Shown one piece after another: positions 1 to 8,800 of a stretch of 32,411 nt of DNA. The stretch is from Tolypothrix carrinoi HA7290-LM1 (GTDB lineage: Bacteria > Cyanobacteriota > Cyanobacteriia > Cyanobacteriales > Nostocaceae). Every line of letters starts with the position of its first letter. The first letter of the stretch is position 1. Location of the stretch: assembly GCA_019358935.1 (NCBI GenBank), contig JAHHIK010000096.1, positions 1 through 32,411 of the forward strand. The letters are read 5' to 3'. Made by a program: the position numbers and the translations under genes. The notes below the pieces were generated by a model, which saw only the letters and a program-made list of their open reading frames with translations, was not told where the DNA came from and did not search any database.

Positions 1-125
1 ATACAAACTTGCCGTCGCCAAGGACGTTCCGTAATTGAATTTTTTGAGCAAGCTATGAAAGCAATGGTCAACCCTGATATGCAAGCACCATCTTTAATAC
101 CTTAACTTTAGGCCTGAATCCTTAC
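1..125 (+). mobile_element. IS66-family element, 3' end of transposase (1..105) plus right terminal inverted repeat
   Basis: Frame +1 reads IQTCRRQGRSVIEFFEQAMKAMVNPDMQAPSLIP*, resembling the IS66 TnpC C-terminus. It is followed by GCCTGAATCCTTAC (112-125), whose reverse complement begins GTAA as IS66 ends do. Confidence 0.75.
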
Positions 126-174
126 CTTTGTTGGCACTTTAACTATTAGTTTAGCATAACAGGTACTGAAGAAC

Positions 175-1232
175 CTTTTAACTTTACCACCAGTAACGCG
201 GCTACCAGGACATAAACCGTGAGCCTGGAGGTAAAATGCTTAACAGTAGGGAAGCGAGACGGGTCTAAACCGACCTCGGACAGCAGTATCAGTACAGTCA
301 AAGCACCAAAACCATCAACAGCCGTAAAATCGATGCCACTAATGCGATATAAACTCGTTTTGCAAATCAAATTGGGGTGCATTTCCTGGCTGCTTTTGAC
401 CACGACGTTTAGGTTTAGCTAATGGCTTTTGTATAACATCAACCTTGTCGGTAAATGAAGCCAAACACTGCTCGATTTGGTCATCGCAAGCGGTGATTTG
501 CGCTCTTATAAACTGGTAAAGTTGTAGTTCTTGTTGAAGGATGAAAACCAATTCTGGACGATAGTCGTAAGTTTTGGAAGCAGCAATTTCCTCAAGGCTT
601 GCTTTAATGCGTCCATCCTTTTTGGCAGCCAGTACAATTGGGCTACGTTCCCCGGAAACAATTGCCTGGATGATGCTCAAGCCAGTAGTGCCTGTAATAT
701 CGCTAATCACCCGATGCAGTTGTATGTTCATTTGCGTAAGCGCTTTTTGCATTCTCTGGACGTGAACACAAGCGCTTTTGATGAGATTGTCCCTTTGACG
801 TATGTAGCTGCGAAGCCTACAGATTTGGTCTTCCGGGCGAAATGAACCCGACAATAAACCATAAGTGTGTAATTGTTGCAGCCACTGACAATCCAATACA
901 TCGGTTTTGCGACCAGGTACAGTTTTGACATAGTGCGCGTTTACGAGTTTGACCTCGAATCCACGGCTTTCCAAAACCTGGAACACAGGTATCCAATAAA
1001 CACCTGTTGATTCCATTGCTACGGTTTTAATACCACATTGCTTTAACCAATCTGCCATTGCGTAGAGGTCAGATGTGAAACAAGCAAAGCTACGTACATT
1101 TTCGCCATCTCTTCCTGCCGGAACGCTTACCCAATGCTTATCTGCACCGATATCAATGCCTGCGGCATTAAGGTTGATTTGTGACAGATTTGCATCCAAA
1201 TTTGGGATTTTTGGTTTTTTGGACTTGCTCAT
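175..1232 (-). pseudogene. IS110/IS1111-family DEDD recombinase (transposase), frameshifted twice and C-terminally truncated
   Basis: ORF 339..1232 has GIDIG, MESTG and KTDVLD (DEDD RuvC-like motifs). The family-type sequence continues in another frame after about 355 (LYRISGIDFTAVDG...SEVGLDPSRFPTVKHFTS), and in a further frame after about 220 (GLCPGSRVTGGKVK). Similarity stops near 175. Confidence 0.9.
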
Positions 1233-1274
1233 AATCCATAAACAAGGTGATTGCGTAGCTTGTCGTAGTTAGGT

Positions 1275-1431
1275 GTACCATGAAGAGGGTGGGGCAAATA
1301 AATCTAATCTCCGCGCACGGGATAGCGACGGCAGTCACCTCACCAATATTGTTGCCAACCGCACCCAGAACCAGGCTCATATTCGGGCGAATACTGCACC
1401 ATTGTAAAGACGGTTTTGGCTGTCATGGTAC
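1275..1431 (-). ncRNA. Candidate bridge/seek RNA in the non-coding region upstream of the IS110-family recombinase
   Basis: A 9-bp inverted repeat GTACCATGA (1275-1283) / TCATGGTAC (1423-1431) encloses two stem-internal loop-hairpin units on the minus strand. These are CCAAAACC..GTATTC-GCCC-GAATAT..GGTTCTGG and GGGTG..GGCAA..GGTGAC-TGCC-GTCGCT..TTGCC..CACCC. The position fits IS110-family guide RNAs. Confidence 0.55.
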
Positions 1432-1529
1432 TTTTTAAGTGTAAGATTTTTTGACTAGAAAACTTGAGTGTCCAAGTGTTTCTTCCATATGTTGCCAGTG
1501 CGTAGTCGCGCTGGCCGGAGGCTCATATA

Positions 1530-1892
1530 TTACTCAATATTGAGCGATGGCTTCCCCTTGTACGTAGTTGCGGTTTTGACATCTATGTTTCCAGGTGCAA
1601 GATGTAAGTCAACAAAACAATAGCCTGCGTCAGCCAGCATTGAATGCAAACGCGCATTCTCGACAAAGGAAAATAGCCGAAATATGGTGGGTTGCGATCG
1701 AGTCGTGAAGAAAGACTCGCAGTCCGCAATTGCCTGATGTAAATTATCGTGGTGAGGAGTGAGGATATTGGCGGAGTTTGCCCGTTTCGTCGCTCCATCA
1801 GCAAACCGAAGAATCCAACCTTGACGATCGATCTGCTCAAACGCAGTCCATGAATCATAGCTAGCGAGTTCAAGATCAATCAGATTTAGCAT
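1530..1892 (-). pseudogene. GNAT-family acetyltransferase, N-terminal part only; probable gene cassette
   Basis: GWILRFADGATKRANSAN...CESFFTTRSQPTIFRL is typical of the N-terminal half of two-domain GNAT proteins. No acetyl-CoA binding motif follows. It lies just downstream of the attC R' box at 1993-1999. Confidence 0.6.
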
Positions 1893-1992
1893 GAGTTTAT
1901 GTTGCTACTGAAATAGGACAGCTACGATTTCAGAGTAATGCTCATCGCTTCACCAACGATCTTAAAACACAGCCACAACCAGTAACTTAGAG

Positions 1993-2105
1993 GGATAACG
2001 ATTGAGATGACGTGGGGCGAAACCGCCAGCACACAACTCCGATTTCACGGAAAAGTTTGATAAGAAAGTCGCTGTTTCGCCCTCACGTCCATTGATTTGT
2101 TGTGC
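1993..2105 (-). other. Integron attC recombination site (113 bp)
   Basis: On the minus strand: R'' GCACAAC, arm AATGGACGTGAGGGCGAAAC, partner arm GTTTCGCCCCACGTCATC, R' GTTATCC. The imperfect palindrome has two unpaired bases and lies about 65 bp after the stop of the NTF2-like gene. Confidence 0.75.
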
Positions 2106-2170
2106 TGCGCCGTTAATTTCAGAAGCCTATGTTTGATAAAACGCGATTCCTGAAACTGATAACCGAAACA

Positions 2171-2569
2171 TTATTGCTCATTGGAAGTTCTCGTCTGTTG
2201 AATCATCTCTTGGATTGTTTGAGTTTCGGCAATTTCATAAAGAACGATCGAACCATTCTCAATGGTAAAGATTTGCTGAACTGTTGTATCCGCGAGCAAA
2301 TTGCCTTGCAAATCTCTGACGATTTGATGAACGGTAACGACATTTCGATTGTTTTCATCCGTCTCAAACTTTAAGGTCTCAAGCTGCACTTGAATAACCT
2401 TATATTGATTAGTCCAGTATTCGCGCACCGCGTCGCGTCCATAAACGAAACCGCCTTCTACCCCGTTCGCCCATTTCACGTCTGGGTGCATCACCGAGAT
2501 GATTGTTTCAAGCTCGCGGTTGTTGAAGGCTTCGTATAAATTTTGCAGAAACTGCTGATTTGAACTCAT
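2171..2569 (-). CDS. NTF2/SnoaL-like family protein (cassette gene)
   Basis: LYEAFNNRELETIISVMHPDVKWANGVEGGFVYGRDAVREYW is a SnoaL/NTF2 signature. The ATG at 2569 is preferred over the TTG at 2599. Confidence 0.85.
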   Translation of the reverse strand: MSSNQQFLQNLYEAFNNRELETIISVMHPDVKWANGVEGGFVYGRDAVREYWTNQYKVIQVQLETLKFETDENNRNVVTVHQIVRDLQGNLLADTTVQQIFTIENGSIVLYEIAETQTIQEMIQQTRTSNEQ

Positions 2570-2579
2570 AGTTAATACT

Positions 2580-2732
2580 TCAGGTAATTTTTGTTGCAAC
2601 CAGTAATGCCAGTTGGTTTGGTAGTTCAGGAATTCTGAATATCGATGTAAGCCGTCTTTTGAGGTAGAAGAGGCTACGAGTGGGATCGGCGATCGCTTGA
2701 AAAATGTCGGTACTGGCAGTTGTTCGACTCAT
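2580..2732 (-). pseudogene. ArsR/SmtB-family regulator, N-terminal fragment
   Basis: ATG at 2732 gives MSRTTASTDIFQAIADPTR, matching ArsR helix 1 (F.A.ADPTR). The frame then runs into unrelated sequence and stops after 50 codons, with no HTH. Confidence 0.65.
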
Positions 2733-2738
2733 AGAGAT

Positions 2739-2790
2739 AATTAAGCAAATGCTTAACTAAATAATATTTAAGCATTTGCTTAATTGTCAA
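2739..2790 (-). promoter_or_regulatory. Sigma70-type promoter overlapped by two palindromic operator boxes (ArsR-type)
   Basis: Minus strand TTGACA (2790-2785), 18-bp spacer, TATTAT (2766-2761). The palindrome TTAAGCA-N2-TGCTTAA occurs at 2741-2756 and 2768-2783, directly upstream of the ArsR fragment. Confidence 0.7.
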
Positions 2791-2863
2791 GTCATGCGTC
2801 AGCCTTATATTAGGCACCAGCAAGTTGGTTATAAACCATACTCATCCACCCGAAACATAAGCA

Positions 2864-2951
2864 GGCTAACGTTCCGCTTCACCCGCCGCAGATAACCTTT
2901 CACTCTCAACTAACAACCTTTCAACGGTCGGGTGCAAGCGGGTTGTTATGA
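2864..2951 (-). other. Integron attC recombination site (88 bp)
   Basis: On the minus strand: R'' TCATAAC, AACCC, GCTTGCACCCGACCG ... GCGGCGGGTGAAGC, GGAAC, R' GTTAGCC. There are two extrahelical bases, and the site starts 8 bp after the TAG of the methyltransferase gene. Confidence 0.85.
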
Positions 2952-2959
2952 CGCCGCAT

Positions 2960-3469
2960 CTACTCCAAATAATCGAGAACAAGTTTAGTCCAATTCTTGT
3001 CGATCGTTAATTCGTGGGATGAAGGTACATACTCGGTTTCCTTTGGATAGGCTCTAATTCGCAACCCTTCTAGACTTAAACGCCCAAAATCTATCCAGTT
3101 GATCAATGACTGAGGTAATAGCCCATGAATCCAAACTTGCTTAGATAGCCACTCCAGTGGTGTCATGTCTAGTTCAGCCAATGCTCCCCTCAACTCCATA
3201 AAACCACAAGGCATAACGGAAACGCTCACCCAATAATTACCAGTAGGTTCAAATGCAACCGAAACTTGTCGAGTTTTGATGCGTAACGGTAGTAAAAGGC
3301 GACCACTAGAGCTTAGTTGTTCGCGCCAAGCGGGAGCAATATCCCAAGCTCCAACTGTCAGAATAATTCGATCGTAAGGAGCAAAATCTAAATACCCATT
3401 CCCACCATCCCTGCACACGACTTGTACTTGCTGATAACCAGCCGTTGCTAAATGCTGATGGGCAGCTTC
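2960..3469 (-). pseudogene. Protein-L-isoaspartate O-methyltransferase (PIMT/PCMT-like), 5'-truncated cassette gene
   Basis: EAAHQHLATAGYQQVQVVCRDGGNGYLDFAPYDRIILTVGAWDIAPAWREQLSSSGRLLLP matches the PCMT C-terminal half. The frame runs up to 3469, where it meets tnpB sequence and a stop. SAM-binding motif I is missing. Confidence 0.8.
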
Positions 3470-3779
3470 TCAGGAGTGTCCTGAATGTGGTGGTGAAGTT
3501 AAAAAAGACCTTTTGGTTAGAGTTCATAACTGTCCTCCGCAGTGGATACACAACGGATAGAGATATAGCAGCAGGTCAGAATATAGAGGAATTAAACTCC
3601 GACGTAGCGTTGGGCAGACGGGAATCGAAAGCGCCTGTGCAGCCGAGCTACCGGGGACTGATGAAAGTCAGTCTAGGCAAGTGGCGAAATCTCGCTCATG
3701 GAACAACCAGGAAATCGAAGAAGTGATTCAATAGATACGCCTGCGCTATAATCTTCGATTTAGCGCAGGAGGATGTCAC
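3468..3779 (+). mobile_element. tnpB: IS200/IS605-family remnant: tnpB 3' end, omega/reRNA region and right end
   Basis: SQECPECGGEVKKDLLVRVHNCP, then after a frameshift SGYTTDRDIAAGQNI (Zn ribbon plus RuvC-III). A subterminal hairpin CCTGCGCTA..TAGCGCAGG (3740-3769) is followed by GGATGTCAC, ending in TCAC at 3779. Confidence 0.85.
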
Positions 3780-3781
3780 AA

Positions 3782-5521
3782 ATGATATCTGTCATTTACA
3801 AAAAGGCTGACTTTCTGGACACGTTAGAATACGTGTTGAAAAAAGAAGATGCTGTGCTTGTAAGTACCAACATGGCAGGAAAGACTGTAGCTGACTTTAA
3901 CCAACAGTTTCTTGATACCAAATATGCCAACAAAAAAACGTCAAGGCAATGCGCCCACCTGATTATCTCAATTGCCCATAGGGAAAGCTATCACGAGCAT
4001 CTAGATAATAGCCAGTACAGCTATGTGGCAGAGGAGTACCTAAAAGAAATGGGGTATTTGCCAAACAAAGGAGAAAATAGCACCGCCAGTCAATTTGTTG
4101 CAGTCCGGCACCAAGACAGAAACCACGAACACTTACACCTAATTGCCTCTCGTATCAGGCTGGATGGCACCACTGTTAGCGATTCCTACGATTATTTCAA
4201 GGCGCAAGAAATTACCCGTCGGCTGAGTGCTGAATTGGGATTAGAGATTACACATACCAGTAATGATGCGATCGCACGAAAGTTACAATCAGAATATGGT
4301 ATCACCGTCCTCACCAGTCCCAACCGCTCCAAGAGCATAAGGGAGGTTAACAGCAAACATTCTACCCCTGGAGCCAAAGAGATTATTAGGGGAGCAATAG
4401 CACAAGCGATTCGAGGACAACCCACCGCATCTGAGTACGTCCAGCGCTTGGAGGAAAACAATATCCGGGTGCTACCTAAGTTCCAAGGCAAGGAACTGTT
4501 GGGATTTACCTATGTCCAAGAGAACGTACTCATCGCTGGCTATCAGGTAAGCAAGAATTACAGCTTACCAAAACTAAAGTCAGAGTTTGGACTATCTTAC
4601 AACCGAGAACGCGATTACACTAAGTTATCAGCCATTCGTTCCCAGTCGCTGCTTTACGTCGCTGCCATACCCAAAAAGAAGAAAAAAGGGAAAAAGGCAC
4701 AACAGGAGGAAACTTTTAAATCAGCCAACGGTAATGATGGAGATAACAGTAGCGATGAAATTATAACATCTATAAATAGTGCGATCGCAACAGATGAACA
4801 GCACCAGTTAGGTAATACTCCAACTCCAGTAAGAGCAAACTTAGTCGCAACCAAAAAGGATAAAGCCAAACAGCAACAAACGGTAGCTGATACAAATGCT
4901 ATTCAATCACCCACCTCTACAAGTACTGACTCAGATAATAAGGACACTAGCTCTCAAAACGAAACGGGAGAAGATAAACAACTCGAACAAATGCCAACAC
5001 TAGTAGCAGAGTTAAAACTGCTCGACGACAGCGAAGATAAAAAAACCACTCATACGTCACTATCAAGTAAAAGTAATAACTCTCAGCCAGAGAATACGTT
5101 TGCAACCTCATCCTATGAAAATGAAGAAAAGTTACCCTTACCTATAGAAAAGACTATTAAAGCAGCTTCCACAATAAGCCCTGATAAAATACAGCCAGAA
5201 CCCACCGAAGAAGACAAATCCTGGGCGGAAGGTATCTTACCTGCTGTCGGTAAAATCTGGCAAAAGGCAAACCAGACAGGGAGAATTAAGCTAATGCCTG
5301 GGGCAGGGGAACAGGTGGAGGGAAGAGATTACAGAATTACTATAAAAGATGAAAAATTAAGCATTTTATCAATAAAAGATAATAGAAAAGTGGCATTATA
5401 CGATTTAGGGAAAAATACAGTATTAACTACTAACCCCACGGATGAAGACAAACAATATTGGGAAAAAATCGCTCAAAAACAGCCAGTATCTAACAAAAAT
5501 AAAGATGTAGAATTTTCCTAA
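3782..5521 (+). CDS. Relaxase/mobilisation nuclease (MOBP/VirD2-like HUH) with low-complexity linker and C-terminal module
   Basis: Motif I LEYVLKK, motif II HLIIS and motif III AVRHQDRNHEHLHLIASRI are present. The ATG at 3773 lies inside the IS605 right end, so 3782 is the likely native start. Confidence 0.92.
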   Translation: MISVIYKKADFLDTLEYVLKKEDAVLVSTNMAGKTVADFNQQFLDTKYANKKTSRQCAHLIISIAHRESYHEHLDNSQYSYVAEEYLKEMGYLPNKGENSTASQFVAVRHQDRNHEHLHLIASRIRLDGTTVSDSYDYFKAQEITRRLSAELGLEITHTSNDAIARKLQSEYGITVLTSPNRSKSIREVNSKHSTPGAKEIIRGAIAQAIRGQPTASEYVQRLEENNIRVLPKFQGKELLGFTYVQENVLIAGYQVSKNYSLPKLKSEFGLSYNRERDYTKLSAIRSQSLLYVAAIPKKKKKGKKAQQEETFKSANGNDGDNSSDEIITSINSAIATDEQHQLGNTPTPVRANLVATKKDKAKQQQTVADTNAIQSPTSTSTDSDNKDTSSQNETGEDKQLEQMPTLVAELKLLDDSEDKKTTHTSLSSKSNNSQPENTFATSSYENEEKLPLPIEKTIKAASTISPDKIQPEPTEEDKSWAEGILPAVGKIWQKANQTGRIKLMPGAGEQVEGRDYRITIKDEKLSILSIKDNRKVALYDLGKNTVLTTNPTDEDKQYWEKIAQKQPVSNKNKDVEFS

Positions 5522-5815
5522 CTACCCTTCACTACAATATCCTGGTTGATATTCAGCTTTACTAATTCAGTAGAATTATACCATTCATCTGGAATTAACC
5601 CTTTGAATATATCGCCATAATCCAGCATCAAAGCTAGTTATATAAATGAAATATTTTTTCTATATTCAATTGAGTACACATAACTTTTAAATAATAGAAA
5701 AACAAAACTATATCATGCTAAATAAAACATTTATGATAGTTATCAAATCCTAGTTGGATGTAAATTCAGCTTCTAAAAAATAAAATCGAGTGGGAAAGCT
5801 AGCTCCAGCAGACAA

Positions 5816-8800
5816 ATGGTCATTGAGGCAAGGCATTTTGACACTCGCTTAAATCAGTGGATTCATACAGATAACAATCCTGACAATCCAGATTCCTTGC
5901 TTAAAGAGGAACTGAAAAACAGCCTGCTAGAACACTTTCTCCCAGGAGTGAATTTCTCGTTTGGACATATGGACGAGAAAGCTACCGATACCCAACTAAA
6001 AAATCACCCCGAAGGACACAAGCTATTACTATCTTCAAAAAGCCGACTGCTATATGGACCAGAAGAATCTCTAGAAACCATAAGCAAGTTGTGCCCTGAC
6101 AACAAAGATAGGGGTGCCTACGGATCAATATTCCTTGGTTCGTGCAAAAATGCTATCAGCGGAGAATTAAATATCCTCATCGTAGATGATACCACAGGAG
6201 AAAATGGCGGCATCATCAACAACAATCAAGCTTACCGCCTCGTTGGCGACTGCTACGGACAAATATCCACAGAATTATACCACCAATTAACCGGACACCA
6301 AGAAGGCGACCAATATCGAGTTATCCAGCATCGCTTCGGCTGGACAGATAAAGATAGGAATGATGATAAATTTAGATTTGGGAAAGGTACTGTACGCCCA
6401 GCTAACCTCGACCAAATCCTGAATTATCAAGAACCAAATCAACCAAAGATTGATTTAGTCATACCCCTGTCTGCTTTTAAGGGAACAGATAAGGACAACC
6501 CCAGTGGACCAACCAAACCACAAATTAAACCTGGGCTGTACCGTCAAAATATGTGGTTAGGGGAAAAATCACAATCTGAGTTAGGGAAAACTGCTATCTC
6601 GCAAATGATTGCATCCTTTCCCAGTGGGCTGAAGGATTTTGGAGAACAAGTTGAACTTGAAGCAGCAAAACTCAAAGAAGCATTAGATGACCCTCGCAAA
6701 ATAGCCCAATTATATTGCGAGAAATACGAAAAACGCAAAGCCTTCCTCGAACAGCAAGCTGCCGAACTGGAGGAAGAAGCAGCCGTCGATCCAGAAGTAA
6801 GAGAAGAGTTAGAAACCCTACGAGAACGAGTTGCTACCGATACAAGTATTTACAAACTCATTAAAACTGACCTCGAAGGGTCGGGACAACTCCTAGAAAC
6901 TGAGAAAATTCAAAGAGAACTCGCCCGATTTGTCCAAGGGGAGTGGCAAGATATCTCAGTTGGGAAAACCCTCACCTTTGAGCGGGCAATGGTCATTCCC
7001 TCCAAAGACTTGCAAAATGGCGAAATCTGCATTCCTCATTACCAAGACGGGGAAGAAGTTCTCAACTTCCGCTCTCCCTTCCTCAACTCCAACGGTTTAT
7101 GCGTCTCAACTAACAAAGTAGTTGATGACGTACTCGGACCCAATGGCAAACCCCTGGCAGGTGTTATCGCTGTCTCGGACGAAACAAGCGATCGCATCTA
7201 TAACCGCCTAAACGAGCAAATTAAATCTATCCTACCCGAAGCCCAAGGGAAAAACATCCCATTAGAAGGTATTGAAAATTACTTAGACCAAAATATCGAC
7301 AAGCTGGAAACTAAAGACAAAATTGAGTTTAGCAAAAAATTTAATCAGTATATTTCAGAACTTCAATCTGGTGGGTATGAGCTAGAAATTCTCCCCCAAG
7401 AGTCCGAACAAGAGCGTCAGGCACGCGACTACGACGGCGACTGTATTGGATTTGACCACGCTAGCAAGTATCCCAACTTAACAGCTGAGGCAAGTTGGCG
7501 GAACTTACCCGAAAATGCTTACGACCCGACTGTTAAACTCAAAAAACAGTCTTTCTACCGGGAAGATGGCAGTCAGCCTGAGTTTGAGGAAATCGCCATT
7601 CACATGAGCGATGGTATTAGCGTTGGTACGATCAACAACCATCTTACCTCAATTGAGGCATTAGAGTCAGAAGTGACGATTCTCAAAATCTTTGGTAGCG
7701 AAAAAGACCAAGTAGGATATGTTCTTCAAGTAGCCAAACACTACGAAGATTTATTTAAAACAGAGGCATGGGCAAAATCCAAGGGTATTGAAGGTAAAGA
7801 GGTTCCAGAGAAGTATCGCAGCTACATAGAAGAATTTGTACAAGCCGCAGGACAGGAACCCCAAAATCAGGCAAATGCGCTCAAAGCGATGAATATTAAC
7901 ACCCGAATGTACCGGGAAATGATTGCCGAAGCAGCATTTCAAAACCAAATTGCGGTTGACCTCTTCAAAAGTGCTAAAAAACCCGATATGGAAATTATCC
8001 GCAACAACAGTGGGATTCTTCATCGGGAAGTCAACTATATTAAGGACAAGAAAAAAGATGTTTATGTTGAGAATACAATTCAACCAACGGGATACTCACC
8101 TGTTGAGATTCTTATTAGCAAAACTAACCAATACTTTGAAAAAGCTCGCTTGGAGTCACGCGAACTAGCACAATTTTCAAACCTGTTCAAAGAAGTAGAA
8201 TTTACCCACGACCAACGCTTGCAGGCTACCCTTGCCAAGAAAGAATTTGATAAAGAGTTTAACAATGCCACCCGTTATACGCAGCGAAAAAAGGTAGAAA
8301 AAGGACCATCGGCAACTGTAGATATAGGGGGTGGAAAAAAACTCGATATTACAAACCTTCTTAAATCTGACCACCCACTTGTTTGGAACGCACAAAAGAT
8401 TACTCTAAAACTCTCAGAAATAGCACCCGAAAAACGCTCAAAGGATAAGCCTCATAAGTATAGAGTTGTAGCCCAAATTAATGATGAGACTGAAAACGGC
8501 AAACCCAAATTTAGAACATTAGGAACTGTATCTAAAGAGCAAGAGAACTCTCTTGAAGAGTTAGGAATTGTTCCCGATCAAGAAATTACATCAACCAAAA
8601 TATTCTTCCAGCCTGAATTAAGTGAAGGGCAAATTAAGCTGATGTACCTTCATGCTTACCAAATTGCCGAAAATTTCTATAATTCAATTCCTGAAGACCA
8701 AAAGCTAGCGATGGCTGCTGCTTCTTGGGCAGTATCAACCACCCGTGAAGGTTCTAACTCCAAAAATCAAAATCAGGTTGAACAAGAAGTTGAAAGACAA

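Noticed and set aside
150..180. GTTATGC on the minus strand as the R' box of a third attC
   Set aside because: No matching R''/L'' arm is visible; a 7-mer alone is not enough.
146..403. 85-aa ORF as an independent gene
   Set aside because: It is the frameshifted continuation of the IS110-family recombinase.
1168..1380. 70-aa ORF upstream of the recombinase
   Set aside because: It overlaps the structured non-coding region and the recombinase start, and has no recognisable motif.
3445..3726. 93-aa ORF as an intact gene or mobC
   Set aside because: It is a chimera of antisense PIMT sequence and tnpB remnant, with no MobC-type LxxxGxNLNQ motif.
7427..7441. DYDGD as a host RNA polymerase beta-prime (rpoC1) motif or a calcium-binding repeat
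   Set aside because: It lacks the NADFDGD context and occurs once; the flanking motifs fit the RdRP/YonO type.
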